Shown: positions 20,398 to 30,397 of the stretch, piece after piece
Layout: every line of letters begins with the position of its first letter
Position numbering within the stretch: the stretch's first letter is position 1
Assembly: GCA_964625015.1 (NCBI GenBank)
Contig: CAZUZI010000002.1
Location: 1,899 to 65,898, forward strand
Length of the DNA: 64,000 nucleotides
Origin: an uncultured Candidatus Saccharibacteria bacterium
GTDB lineage: Bacteria > Patescibacteriota > Dojkabacteria > SC72
Direction: 5' to 3'
Program-made: the position numbers and the translations under genes
The notes under the pieces: model-generated
The model's input: the letters and a program-made list of their open reading frames with translations, nothing else
Databases searched by the model: none
Told to the model about the DNA's origin: nothing

Positions 20398-23389
20398 TAC
20401 AGATTTAACAAAAATAAAAGGGCAAACACCACTATCTATAATTGTTCATGGAGGTGACTATACAGGATATTTACTTTCTAAAACTCTTCTTGAGCAAGGT
20501 AGTCAAGTTGTAATAATAGATAGATATACATCACAATCAAAACAGTATTTTTCTGAATTGAGAAAAAGTGGAAAAGTAAGCTTTATCGATTTTAAAGGCA
20601 TAAAGAATTTCTATGAGAAGATTGCTCGTATAGATTACCTCTTTTACCTTCTTGGAGAGAAGCTTGAAAAAGACACAAATATTGATAGTAAAGACTTTTT
20701 ACAAGAGTCTGGATACCTAGGTTTAAGTTTGGAATCTGCACAGAAATTTAAAGCTAAAATATCCATAGTAACATCCCTTAGACTAAATAGAGAACTCTCA
20801 AACCGGATTAACAATGAAAAGACTGGTAAATCAACACCTTACTCACCACTTGAACTACAACGATACGCAGAGAACTCTACTGCAGAGTTTGTAGATAAAA
20901 GTAAAGGTAATATTAGAATCTTAAGATTAGGAACAGTAATAGGAAAAGGTATTACAAAAGTAACCGATAGAACATTAGATAGGCTTTTTACAGATGCAAC
21001 ACAGAAACCACAAATAGAAATACAGGGGGAAGGATTAGAAATTCATAATTTAATACATGAGACAGATGCTACATACGGTATATTAAAACTTACATTTGAT
21101 GATAATACAAAGGGAGAAGTGATATCTCTTTGTAATAAGAATGACTACACAACTCTCTCTCTTTCATACAAACTTCTAGAACTAGATGTTGAATCGAAAG
21201 CGATTAAGTTTACAGAATCAGAAGATGATAAATATGTACTCCAAGATCTCTATGTACCAGCACCAAATGCATCACAATTCTCATGGAAACAGAATGTATC
21301 TCTAGAAGAAGCAATTGTAGAACAGATAAAATCATATTATGAAAGATCTGATAAGAAGTGGGATTTAGGTAACAGTGTTACATCAAAGAGAAAGGGTAGT
21401 GAAGATATTTCAAATGTATCTAAAACAAAATTAGGTCTTTTTGTTCAAAAAATACTCTCTCCCTTTAAGAGTATATTTAATACAGAAAAACTCTTTAGTG
21501 AAATCAGCTATTGGAAAATAATAAAATATCTTTCAATTTTAATACTCTCCATCCTAGGAATATACTACCTGCTATCTCCAATACTTGGGATATCTTTAGG
21601 TACATACTTAATATATTCAGAAACAGACAAACTAAAACAGTCTTTTGCGTCATTCGATTTTGATTCAGTAAGTAAAGACTCCATAAATATATATACAAAT
21701 CTAAAGAGAGTAGAGAATAATGTCTCTAGACTCTCATGGCTATTCACACTGACAAATAACAGGAATCTTTACAATGATACAACACAGATACTTCAGGGCT
21801 CAGGGTATGCACTTGATAGTATGCAAGATCTTGCGGTTGGTCTTAGACCTCTTGGAGAGTACATTAAAGATTTTAAACCTGCGGTTGGGTTTGGAAATGG
21901 AGAAGTTGCTACGACAGTCGAATACAGGGAGTATTTACTTGCAATTGATGATAATAGATACAACATTCAAGAGGGTATATACAAAATGAGTTTAGCTCAA
22001 AACTTGATAAGTACAGTTAATACAAAAAATTTCCCAACATACCTCCAAGAACCTATTCTTGATTACAAAGAATTTATCAATGATATTCATAATACAGTTA
22101 TACCACTTGAAAAAGTTTCGCAATTCTTACCAGATTTACTAGGTGTAAATGAAAGGAAAAGATATGTGGTACTACTACAGAATGATGGAGAAATAAGGAG
22201 TACAGGAGGATGGATATCAAGTTATGCAATACTTTCAATTGAGGGTGGACAAATCAGAGAACTTTATGTTGATGATATATACAATGCAGAAGGAACACTT
22301 AAAGTAAAAGGTGATACATACAGGACACCGATATCAATGGTAAAGGCACTAGGTAACACCCCTTATTCATTCTCTTTGGTAAACTGGGATCCTAATCTAG
22401 ATACAGTTATGACTAATACAGAACAGTTTGTATATGATCTTGGGAAAGGAAATAAGATAGATGGTGTAATTACAATAGATACTGTATTTCTACAGAAACT
22501 TTTAGATAAGTGGGGAGGTATTGAGGTTCCAGGAGAGTCAGAGATTATTACATCTTCTAATCTGTACTCAAAGATATTCGAGATGCATGAAGAATTTACA
22601 CCTGGTTCATCAAGGAAATCTACATTCCTTGCATCACTTGCAGATAGAGCCGTAACGAAGATACTCTCCTCCGATTTCAATGGATACAAAGAGATCTCAG
22701 ATGTAATATCTCAATCATTAGAAGAGAAACATTTACAAGCGACATTTAAGAATACATTAGCAAAATCATACTTTGATGAAAGTAACTGGGACGGTAACAT
22801 GGATAGTAAATACCTATCAGCACCAATAGATATTGATTGGAACTGGGGTGGAAACAAATCAAACCTATACATTAAGAAAAACCATACATTAGAAATAAAT
22901 GTAAAGGATGAGAACACAATAGAATACAAATATCAGATAGCAATAGAGAATAATTCAACATCTAATACATACCCAGAAGGGGATTATATTAACTACATTA
23001 GAATATTTATGCCAGTAGATGTAACCCCGTTAAGTATCTTAGGCGTAAAGGATAATAAATATGATGTATACAACGAAGGGGGATATAAAATTATAGGAGG
23101 TTGGTTTAATATACCTGCAGGTGAAAATAAGACATTAGAGATATCATATAGATTAACAAATACTGAAAACGAATCTTTCCCATTACAGAAAGATGATACC
23201 CATTACAGTATGGATATCAATATATATAAACAACCAGGGAGTAGAAAAGATGCATACAATTTAAATGTTACATACCCAGAGACATGGGAAATAGAACAGA
23301 ACGAAGGAATGACAAAAATAGGCAACCAGCTAAACAGAAGATTCGAATTAGCTACAGATGAGAATTTCAATATATCGTGGCAAAGATAA
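20375..23389 (+). CDS. Large membrane-anchored protein: N-terminal NAD(P)-binding Rossmann-like domain, one central TM helix, ~600-aa extracytoplasmic domain of unknown function
   Basis: 1004 aa. The N-terminus (IIVHGGDYTGYLLSKTLLEQGSQVVIIDR) looks like an epimerase/dehydratase GxxGxxG fold. TM helix around residue 375 (LSILILSILGIYYLLSPILG). Confidence 0.65.
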   Translation: MIVQKMSNTDLTKIKGQTPLSIIVHGGDYTGYLLSKTLLEQGSQVVIIDRYTSQSKQYFSELRKSGKVSFIDFKGIKNFYEKIARIDYLFYLLGEKLEKDTNIDSKDFLQESGYLGLSLESAQKFKAKISIVTSLRLNRELSNRINNEKTGKSTPYSPLELQRYAENSTAEFVDKSKGNIRILRLGTVIGKGITKVTDRTLDRLFTDATQKPQIEIQGEGLEIHNLIHETDATYGILKLTFDDNTKGEVISLCNKNDYTTLSLSYKLLELDVESKAIKFTESEDDKYVLQDLYVPAPNASQFSWKQNVSLEEAIVEQIKSYYERSDKKWDLGNSVTSKRKGSEDISNVSKTKLGLFVQKILSPFKSIFNTEKLFSEISYWKIIKYLSILILSILGIYYLLSPILGISLGTYLIYSETDKLKQSFASFDFDSVSKDSINIYTNLKRVENNVSRLSWLFTLTNNRNLYNDTTQILQGSGYALDSMQDLAVGLRPLGEYIKDFKPAVGFGNGEVATTVEYREYLLAIDDNRYNIQEGIYKMSLAQNLISTVNTKNFPTYLQEPILDYKEFINDIHNTVIPLEKVSQFLPDLLGVNERKRYVVLLQNDGEIRSTGGWISSYAILSIEGGQIRELYVDDIYNAEGTLKVKGDTYRTPISMVKALGNTPYSFSLVNWDPNLDTVMTNTEQFVYDLGKGNKIDGVITIDTVFLQKLLDKWGGIEVPGESEIITSSNLYSKIFEMHEEFTPGSSRKSTFLASLADRAVTKILSSDFNGYKEISDVISQSLEEKHLQATFKNTLAKSYFDESNWDGNMDSKYLSAPIDIDWNWGGNKSNLYIKKNHTLEINVKDENTIEYKYQIAIENNSTSNTYPEGDYINYIRIFMPVDVTPLSILGVKDNKYDVYNEGGYKIIGGWFNIPAGENKTLEISYRLTNTENESFPLQKDDTHYSMDINIYKQPGSRKDAYNLNVTYPETWEIEQNEGMTKIGNQLNRRFELATDENFNISWQR

Positions 23390-23734
23390 TTAAATAACTA
23401 TTGTATCCTTACTCTTAAGATACATATATATATCTAATATCTCTTCTAGTGAAGTTTCATTCATATTTGCAAATTCAGCAATCTCACTTACATCTAAATC
23501 TGTATTAACTGGCATTCTATTACTAATACCCATAGGTTTAATAAAAGTTGCAATATGGTTAGACTTACAATTATCGCATGAGAAGTGTATAATACTCGAG
23601 ATATTGTTATCTTGAATTATATCTAAGTTATCTGCAGTATAGGGGGTACCGCATTTATCACAAAACTTCGCAATGACATCTATAAAAAATTGTTTTCTTT
23701 CGTCTAAATTGTCTTTTTTAATTACTTTCTTCAT
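23390..23734 (-). CDS. Small zinc-ribbon protein (2x CxxC)
   Basis: CDKCG...CDNCKS. Transcribed divergently from rpoD with only a 25-bp spacer. Confidence 0.5.
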   Translation of the reverse strand: MKKVIKKDNLDERKQFFIDVIAKFCDKCGTPYTADNLDIIQDNNISSIIHFSCDNCKSNHIATFIKPMGISNRMPVNTDLDVSEIAEFANMNETSLEEILDIYMYLKSKDTIVI

Positions 23735-23759
23735 ATATTAAATTATACCATATATATAA

Positions 23760-24854
23760 ATGGCAAAAACTTCTCAAAAAGCTATAAATATCAAAGATTT
23801 AATACAAAAAGGTAAAATACAAGGATTCTTAAGTCAAGAGGATATCTTAGACGTATTTCCTACAATAGAGGAGGATGTTGTACTACTTGATGAGATATTT
23901 AAGGAGTTACAGGTAAATGATATAGAGGTATTAGAACCAGAGGAGAATCATGTAAAGAATTCGGAGGAAATGACATTAGAGAAGAAGATTCGAATACTTA
24001 AAACTATTCAGTCAACAATATCCACAGATGCAATAAGATCTTACCTATACGAGATAGGAAAGATTCCTCTACTTACAGCAGATGAAGAGGTAATACTTGC
24101 CAAAAGGATAGAGAATGGAGATCAAGAAGCTGCTCAGTTACTCATTACAGCAAACTTAAGGTTGGTTGTAAGTATTGCGAAGAAATATAGTAAGAGTGGA
24201 TTAGAGCTACTTGATTTAATACAAGAAGGAAATATTGGGTTAATGAGAGCTGTTGAGAAATTTGATTATCACAAGGGTTTCAAATTCTCTACATATGCAA
24301 CATGGTGGATTAGACAAGCAATTACGAGAGCTATTGCAGATCAAGCTAGGACTATTCGTGTACCAGTACATATGATTGAAACTATAAACAAGTTTAACAA
24401 AGTAAACAGTATACTCACTACTAAGCTTGGTAGACAACCAACAGATGAAGAAATTGCGAAAGAAATGGATATTGAATTAGAAAAAGTTTCTGAAATTAGA
24501 AAGATAAAACAAAACCCTTCTTCACTCGCAACTCCAATAGGGGATGAAAAAGATAGTAAATTACAAGATATCCTACCAGATGAATGGTCACAGAGTCCTG
24601 AAGACTTTGCAACATCGGAATATCTTAAGAATCAGCTTAAGGATATACTCGACTCCCTACAAGATAGAGAAAGAAGAGTACTTTCATTAAGATTTGGACT
24701 TGATGATGGTGTAACAAGAACATTGGAAGAGGTCGGAAGAGAGTTCGGAGTTACAAGAGAAAGAATAAGACAGATAGAGGCAAAGGCATTAAAAAAGCTA
24801 AAAGATAAATCATCAGAGAAAAGATTAGATGATTACATCAATCTCTCTAGATAG
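23760..24854 (+). CDS. rpoD: RNA polymerase sigma factor RpoD (primary sigma-70)
   Basis: Region 2 ([41 protein letters not shown]) and region 4 HTH. Confidence 0.95.
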   Translation: MAKTSQKAINIKDLIQKGKIQGFLSQEDILDVFPTIEEDVVLLDEIFKELQVNDIEVLEPEENHVKNSEEMTLEKKIRILKTIQSTISTDAIRSYLYEIGKIPLLTADEEVILAKRIENGDQEAAQLLITANLRLVVSIAKKYSKSGLELLDLIQEGNIGLMRAVEKFDYHKGFKFSTYATWWIRQAITRAIADQARTIRVPVHMIETINKFNKVNSILTTKLGRQPTDEEIAKEMDIELEKVSEIRKIKQNPSSLATPIGDEKDSKLQDILPDEWSQSPEDFATSEYLKNQLKDILDSLQDRERRVLSLRFGLDDGVTRTLEEVGREFGVTRERIRQIEAKALKKLKDKSSEKRLDDYINLSR

Positions 24855-24859
24855 AAATA

Positions 24860-25102
24860 CTAATTCTGACTAGTTAAATCAAAAAATTCTGAAGGAAGAA
24901 CAGGGAAACTACTCTTCGTTCTTTCTGATATTTTATCCAATGTTGCTGTATCAAAATTTTTACTTAATGGCTTTGTATATGTGGCCGCATTGGGATTTAC
25001 CTCAGAAAACACCCTATTAGAAACAAGTTGAAGACCACCCCATATGATTGCTATGACAAGAAGGAGAACAATTCCAACTATATATTTTTTTAATATTTCC
25101 AT
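24860..25102 (-). CDS. Small single-TM protein, possibly a pilus-assembly accessory protein
   Basis: 80 aa with an N-terminal TM helix, immediately downstream of the pilN/pilO-like genes. Confidence 0.4.
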   Translation of the reverse strand: MEILKKYIVGIVLLLVIAIIWGGLQLVSNRVFSEVNPNAATYTKPLSKNFDTATLDKISERTKSSFPVLPSEFFDLTSQN

Positions 25103-25107
25103 ATACT

Positions 25108-25722
25108 TTAATCGTAAAATTTAGGATTATCAGGTATATGATAGATCCTTAATGTTAAAGAATATCTCGTATTACCTGCATCATCAGCATCTTCTCCGTA
25201 TGAGAGAGATTCAATTACAGGATACATTGGCATGGCTTCTAAATCTCTTAACAGTGTAATAAGGTAAACCTTCTTTCCACTAACAGACATCCTAACAGAC
25301 CAAGGTTTAAGAGAAAGAGTATTGATCTTATATGTCTCTCTGTCATATTCAGAAAATGAAATAGTATTAAGAACAAAGTTATTTCTTGCAATAACAGCAT
25401 CTATATTTGATAAAAAGAGACTAAAATTCCCAGTTGAGGGGAAAAGCAAAGAAAGATCTTTAAATTCACTACTCTTTTCAATATATTCAGCATCAAGAGA
25501 AGAAAGAGCTGATAATTTATCCTCAAGTGCTTTTTGAGTTACCTCCTTACTCTTTATCTCCTTATTTATCTGGAATATTGCACTTACAGTAGGAATAATT
25601 GCAAATACTAACAAGAGAATTGCAATTACGTATGTTAAACCAATAAAAACATTATCCACCTGCTTAGATGGAGCCTTTTTTATTAAATTTGCTATTTCAA
25701 ATCTTCTACTTTCTTCTGCCAT
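25108..25722 (-). CDS. Type IV pilus assembly protein PilO-like
   Basis: Short cytoplasmic N-terminus, single TM helix, coiled-coil, then a beta-rich C-terminal domain. Sits next to the PilN-like gene. Confidence 0.45.
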   Translation of the reverse strand: MAEESRRFEIANLIKKAPSKQVDNVFIGLTYVIAILLLVFAIIPTVSAIFQINKEIKSKEVTQKALEDKLSALSSLDAEYIEKSSEFKDLSLLFPSTGNFSLFLSNIDAVIARNNFVLNTISFSEYDRETYKINTLSLKPWSVRMSVSGKKVYLITLLRDLEAMPMYPVIESLSYGEDADDAGNTRYSLTLRIYHIPDNPKFYD

Positions 25723-25724
25723 AA

Positions 25725-26294
25725 CTACAAAGCATCTTGATTAATTAAGAATGAGACATTAACTTCAAGTTCATCACCAGCCTTATTTATATTAAACTTT
25801 ACATCAGAGTAATATGAATTATTTTTCAATGAATCTTCATAGTCTTTTAGAGCATTAAGATTTGGAGTAGAAAGTGCAAGACTCGCCCTTGTACCATTAA
25901 AAGAAAAACTCTGAATATTTAGAGTAATAGGAATATTACTAAGAATCTCTGATATGACACTTGAGTTTAATTGCTGACCACTTTCTATTTTTTTAAGATC
26001 AACTAAGAGATTCTGTAAATTCCCATATCTTACAGAACTCTGCCTCCAAGCATCATTTTCAAGTACAGCAATCTGAGCATTAACCTCTTCTGTGAGATCA
26101 TTACTTCTTTCATCCATGAAAAACCTCGCTCCAAAAGCAACAAGTACAATCAGCTCAACAATAATAAGAAGGTTCTTTCCAACAGTTCCAATCCAAACAA
26201 AAGCACCAGTAAGCATTTCAGACTCCTTATTTATTGGGTCTAAAAAGTTTATTGATTTTGCATCAGGAATCTTCCTAAATATTTGGGCAGCCAT
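25725..26294 (-). CDS. Type IV pilus assembly protein PilN-like
   Basis: N-terminal INFLDP motif (compare the PilN INLLP motif), a single TM helix and a periplasmic domain. Confidence 0.5.
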   Translation of the reverse strand: MAAQIFRKIPDAKSINFLDPINKESEMLTGAFVWIGTVGKNLLIIVELIVLVAFGARFFMDERSNDLTEEVNAQIAVLENDAWRQSSVRYGNLQNLLVDLKKIESGQQLNSSVISEILSNIPITLNIQSFSFNGTRASLALSTPNLNALKDYEDSLKNNSYYSDVKFNINKAGDELEVNVSFLINQDAL

Positions 26295-26316
26295 TTGTAT
26301 CTACAGTATATATTGT

Positions 26317-27753
26317 TTATATCTTGTTGAAAAGGATCACACTTTCACTTTTCTCTAGTGCAACCTTCGCTCTTAAACAGCTGACTGGGATAATAGGGGT
26401 ATATAGATTTATTATTGTTTTTAATAGATAACTAAGATTGTTAAGAGTTAATTCACTACTATCAATATCTGAACTCCATGGTTGCCTTTCAGTAATATAC
26501 TTATTTCCCCAATCTGCAAGTTCATCAATCTTATCAGCTGCAGATGCAATTTCGTAATCTTCATATAGACTTTCTACTTCTCTCCTTATGCTATCAACCT
26601 TCTTTTTAAACTCCATCTCTATACTGCTCTCGTCATTAATCTTAATCCCTTTACTATTTGCAAGATGTATTACTCTGTTAAGAAGATTTCCGAAGTTGTT
26701 AGCTAATCTAGAGTTATACATATTGATTAAATCTCCCTCCTTGTATGAAGAGTCTGAGTAGGTAGAGATACCTGTTAAAAGATAGAAACGAACAACTTCT
26801 GCTCCAAACTTCTTCTCCTGATCAAAAGGTGAGATAACATTACCCTTACTCTTTGCCATCTTGGTACCATCAGGACCAAGTATCATACCGTGTTCAAGTA
26901 ATTTAGAGCTATGCTCTAAACCTGCAGAGGCTAACATACCTTGCCATATTGCACCCTGAAATCTTAAGTTGTCTGGACCAAATAACTGTATACCTGGCCA
27001 CCACTGAGAGAGCTTCTCCTCATCACTCCCAAATCCTACTGCAATAACATAGTTTGTAAGAGCATCGAACCACACATAGAATACCTGAGTTGGATCATCT
27101 GGTACTTCAATACCCCAAGGTAGATTCTCTCTAAGTCTCGAGATACTAATATCCTCAATCTCATTTATTATCTGTTTTAATTCCTCTAATTTTCTCTCCG
27201 GTTTCAATATGCTTGGATTACTATCTAACCAGTTAAGTAAATGCTCCTTGTATGCACTTAGTTTAAAAAAATAGTTTTCCTCTTCCTTTTCTTCGGGTAC
27301 AGTACCATGATCTGGACATTTACCATCTACAAGTTCCTTTTCTGTTAAGAATCTTTCACATCCAACACAGTATAGACCCTTATATTTCTTCTTATATATA
27401 TCCCCATTGTCTAGGCATCTTTTCCAAAATTCTTGGGCGGCGATATGATGATTCTTATCAGATGTTCTATAGAAATTGTCATACTCTACAAAAAAGCGCT
27501 CACAAAAGTCCTTAAATCTTTTAGCATATTTATCAACAAACTCCTTCATTTCTATACCTTCTTCTGTAGCCTTTCTATATATCTTTAATCCATGTTCGTC
27601 TGTACCGACATTGAAGAATACATTTTCATTACCTAATTTAGCTCTAAAATATCTTGAGATTGCATCTGCTTGAACAAATTCCAATGCATGACCGATATGT
27701 GGTTCTGCATTTACATAGGGTAGTGTTGTTGTTATATATAGCTTGTTATTCAT
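26317..27753 (-). CDS. metG: Methionine--tRNA ligase (short form)
   Basis: HIGH motif (PHIGHA), zinc knuckle CVGCERF...CPDHG and a KMAKSKGN (KMSKS) motif. Confidence 0.93.
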   Translation of the reverse strand: MNNKLYITTTLPYVNAEPHIGHALEFVQADAISRYFRAKLGNENVFFNVGTDEHGLKIYRKATEEGIEMKEFVDKYAKRFKDFCERFFVEYDNFYRTSDKNHHIAAQEFWKRCLDNGDIYKKKYKGLYCVGCERFLTEKELVDGKCPDHGTVPEEKEEENYFFKLSAYKEHLLNWLDSNPSILKPERKLEELKQIINEIEDISISRLRENLPWGIEVPDDPTQVFYVWFDALTNYVIAVGFGSDEEKLSQWWPGIQLFGPDNLRFQGAIWQGMLASAGLEHSSKLLEHGMILGPDGTKMAKSKGNVISPFDQEKKFGAEVVRFYLLTGISTYSDSSYKEGDLINMYNSRLANNFGNLLNRVIHLANSKGIKINDESSIEMEFKKKVDSIRREVESLYEDYEIASAADKIDELADWGNKYITERQPWSSDIDSSELTLNNLSYLLKTIINLYTPIIPVSCLRAKVALEKSESVILFNKI

Positions 27754-27821
27754 AGTCTGTATTATATCATCATTAAATCGTTTTTATATATATCAATATC
27801 AAACTATCTGGTATATTAATT

Positions 27822-27841
27822 ATCTGTTTTCAAAAACAGAT
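27822..27841. promoter_or_regulatory. Near-perfect palindrome ATCTGTTTT-ca-AAAACAGAT in the metG upstream region
   Basis: 9-bp arms, seen directly in the sequence. It lies about 70 nt upstream of the metG start (minus strand) and 30 nt upstream of a small plus-strand ORF. Could be an operator or a weak terminator. Confidence 0.3.
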
Positions 27842-27872
27842 TTTTAATGCATTATTTCAGTGGAGGTGGATC

Positions 27873-27995
27873 ATGTCTAAATCTGATAGCTCTGGTAGTG
27901 AGAAAGCTGTAGGTCCTTCGAAATCCGCAAGAAAAGGAGAAGAGAAGAAGAGACAAAAGCCAACAGCAAAAAACAGAAATTGGGGACACCATTAG
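27873..27995 (+). CDS. Small basic ORF (40 aa) with a near-perfect Shine-Dalgarno (GGAGGTGGATC, complementary to the 16S 3' end)
   Basis: MSKSDSSGSEKAVGPSKSARKGEEKKRQKPTAKNRNWGHH. Strong SD 5 nt upstream. Lies between the convergent/divergent metG and valS genes. Below the ORF-track size cutoff. Confidence 0.3.
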   Translation: MSKSDSSGSEKAVGPSKSARKGEEKKRQKPTAKNRNWGHH

Positions 27996-28115
27996 AAGGA
28001 GGTGATCCAAACTCTAAGTGCTACTTCATTTCAGATTCATAGATCTGTAGCACTTAATGGAGAGAGCCCATACATTACGATTTCAATATCGCGGACTCTC
28101 TCCATTGTTTTCCCT

Positions 28116-30380
28116 TTATGAAATCTGTTTACCCATCAATATCCCATCTGCAAGACCAAGCGATACGAGCTCTTGCCATACAGACTCTGTAACAAATGGT
28201 ATGAATGGGTGCATTATCTTAAGATTTTCCTTAAGAATATGTAAAAGCTCTGCTAGTTTATTAATTCTTTCATTAGAACCTATTTCTAGGTCTTTAATTT
28301 CTTCCTTAATCTCTTCTATCCAAATGTCACACAACTGATGCCAGAAGAATTCTCTAATCGCTTCTGCACCAAGATTAAATTGGTACCTATCTATATATTT
28401 ACAAACCTTTTCTATATGCTCCTGTGTACTTTTTATCCTAGGTAAAGACTCATCAACAACATACTTAGTAACCATATCTAATTCTGAATCATCGATGTTC
28501 ATCATTATGAATCTTGAAGCATTCCATATTTTGTTAACAAAATTCCTATTTCCCTTTATCTTTTCCTCCCTAACTGGAGTATTTGAACCAGGAAGAGAGT
28601 CACTGTAATACCAGAGTCTTAGTGCATCTGCACCATACTTCTCTATAACTTCCTTTGGTTCTACACCATTACCCTTGGATTTAGACATCTTAGAGCCATC
28701 AGCTGCAAGTATCATACCGTGTAAAAAGACAGTACTAAATGGAGTCTTACCAGTTCTATATATACCTAACATCATCATTCTCGCTACCCACCAGAAAAGA
28801 ATATCTCTTGCAGTCTCCATAACCTGAGTAGGGTAGAACTTTGCATAGTCTTCTCCATCTGGCCCACCAAGCGTAGAGAACGGCCATTGACCAGAACTAA
28901 ACCATGTATCAAACATATCTGTCTCTTCCTCCCATACTCCTTCTTGAGGCATATTCTCTCCGAGTGCTATCTCACCAGTACCGTTTGCAACTAGACCTGT
29001 TTCTTTTTCATAGTCAATTACAGTCTTCCCTTCATTTTCTCTTAACCAATCATGTAACTGTTTACTTCCGCTATACCAAACAGGTATTCTCTGCCCCCAC
29101 CAAAGCTGTCTTGATATACACCAAGGTTGGATATTTTCAAAAAAGAATTCTAATGCTTTCTGTTGCCCAGAAGGAATTACCTTTGTAGAACCACTCTTTA
29201 AAGCATCTAATGCTTTTTTAGCAAGAGGATTGGTATTTACATACCACTGGTTAGATATAATTGGCTCTATTGGTGTCTTACATCTTTCACAGATACTTAC
29301 ATCATGTTTAATATTCTCTATTTTAACAAGAAGACCCATTTCATCGAGTTCTTTTACTAATGCCTTTGAGCATTCCACAGTCTCCATTCCTATGAATCTC
29401 TCTGGAATATCACCAGACATTTTCCCCTCTTCATTTATCACATTGATAATATTAAGATTGTGTCTTTTACCTATTTCAAAATCTACATGTGAATGAGCAG
29501 GCGTTACTTTAAGAGCGCCTGTTCCTAATTCTATATCTATTTCTCTATCTGCAATTATTGGTATTTCCCTATTCGCTATTGGGAGTAGAACTTTTTTACC
29601 TATAAATTCCTTGTATCTTTCATCTTCAGGATTAACAGCAACAGCAGTATCTCCTAACATAGTTTCAGGTCTAGTTGTAGCGATTGTAATACCCTTTGAT
29701 CCGAACTTTTTACTATCCTGTTCATCAACAAATGGATATATTATATATGCAAATATCCCTCTTCTTTCCTCATGCTCAGTATCTATATCTGCTAGAGCAG
29801 TTTTACAGTTAGGGCACTGATTTATTATCCTTTTATCCCTATATATGAGGCCATCTTCATACATACGGTAGAATGTCTCATATATTATCTTTGTAAGCTT
29901 AGGATCAAGAGTAAATAGCTCCCTGTTATAGTCTGCACTTAAACCAATATTTTTCTCTTGCTCTCTTGCATTTGAGGCGTTACGCATAGAGAATTCATAG
30001 CACTGCTTGTAGAACTCATCCCTTCCCATCTCCCATTTATCAATTCCTTTCTCTTTTAGTATCTTTGTGAAAGATGTCTCAGTTTGTATACCCGCATGGT
30101 CTTTACCAGGGAGAAGAAGAGTGGGGTGTCCTGTCATCCTATTGTATCTACCCATTGCATCTTGAAATGAGTATCCACACATATGCCCTATATGTAGATT
30201 CGCATTTGCATTAGGAGGTGGTAATACAATAGTGAAAGGTGCTTTTACTTCGCGACCGCTTTCCGTAAGCATCTTCTCTATCTCTTCTGGAGTAGTCAGC
30301 CTTGAATCTTCCCACATCTTGTAGATGTTTTTTTCTTTTGTATTTGATTCAAATGCTTTAGGTATTTCTCTCACTTTCAT
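28116..30380 (-). CDS. valS: Valine--tRNA ligase (compact form)
   Basis: PPPNANANLHIGH (HIGH motif), TTRPETMLGDTAVAVNPEDERY block, KMSKSKGN motif. Confidence 0.92.
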   Translation of the reverse strand: MKVREIPKAFESNTKEKNIYKMWEDSRLTTPEEIEKMLTESGREVKAPFTIVLPPPNANANLHIGHMCGYSFQDAMGRYNRMTGHPTLLLPGKDHAGIQTETSFTKILKEKGIDKWEMGRDEFYKQCYEFSMRNASNAREQEKNIGLSADYNRELFTLDPKLTKIIYETFYRMYEDGLIYRDKRIINQCPNCKTALADIDTEHEERRGIFAYIIYPFVDEQDSKKFGSKGITIATTRPETMLGDTAVAVNPEDERYKEFIGKKVLLPIANREIPIIADREIDIELGTGALKVTPAHSHVDFEIGKRHNLNIINVINEEGKMSGDIPERFIGMETVECSKALVKELDEMGLLVKIENIKHDVSICERCKTPIEPIISNQWYVNTNPLAKKALDALKSGSTKVIPSGQQKALEFFFENIQPWCISRQLWWGQRIPVWYSGSKQLHDWLRENEGKTVIDYEKETGLVANGTGEIALGENMPQEGVWEEETDMFDTWFSSGQWPFSTLGGPDGEDYAKFYPTQVMETARDILFWWVARMMMLGIYRTGKTPFSTVFLHGMILAADGSKMSKSKGNGVEPKEVIEKYGADALRLWYYSDSLPGSNTPVREEKIKGNRNFVNKIWNASRFIMMNIDDSELDMVTKYVVDESLPRIKSTQEHIEKVCKYIDRYQFNLGAEAIREFFWHQLCDIWIEEIKEEIKDLEIGSNERINKLAELLHILKENLKIMHPFIPFVTESVWQELVSLGLADGILMGKQIS

Positions 30381-30397
30381 CTTTCCTCCTTATATAT

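Noticed and set aside
28057-28338. 93-aa plus-strand ORF and the GGAGAGAG...CTCTCTCC hairpin at the valS 3' end
   Set aside because: The ORF is antisense to the valS C-terminus. The hairpin lacks a T-run on the minus strand, so it is not a convincing terminator.
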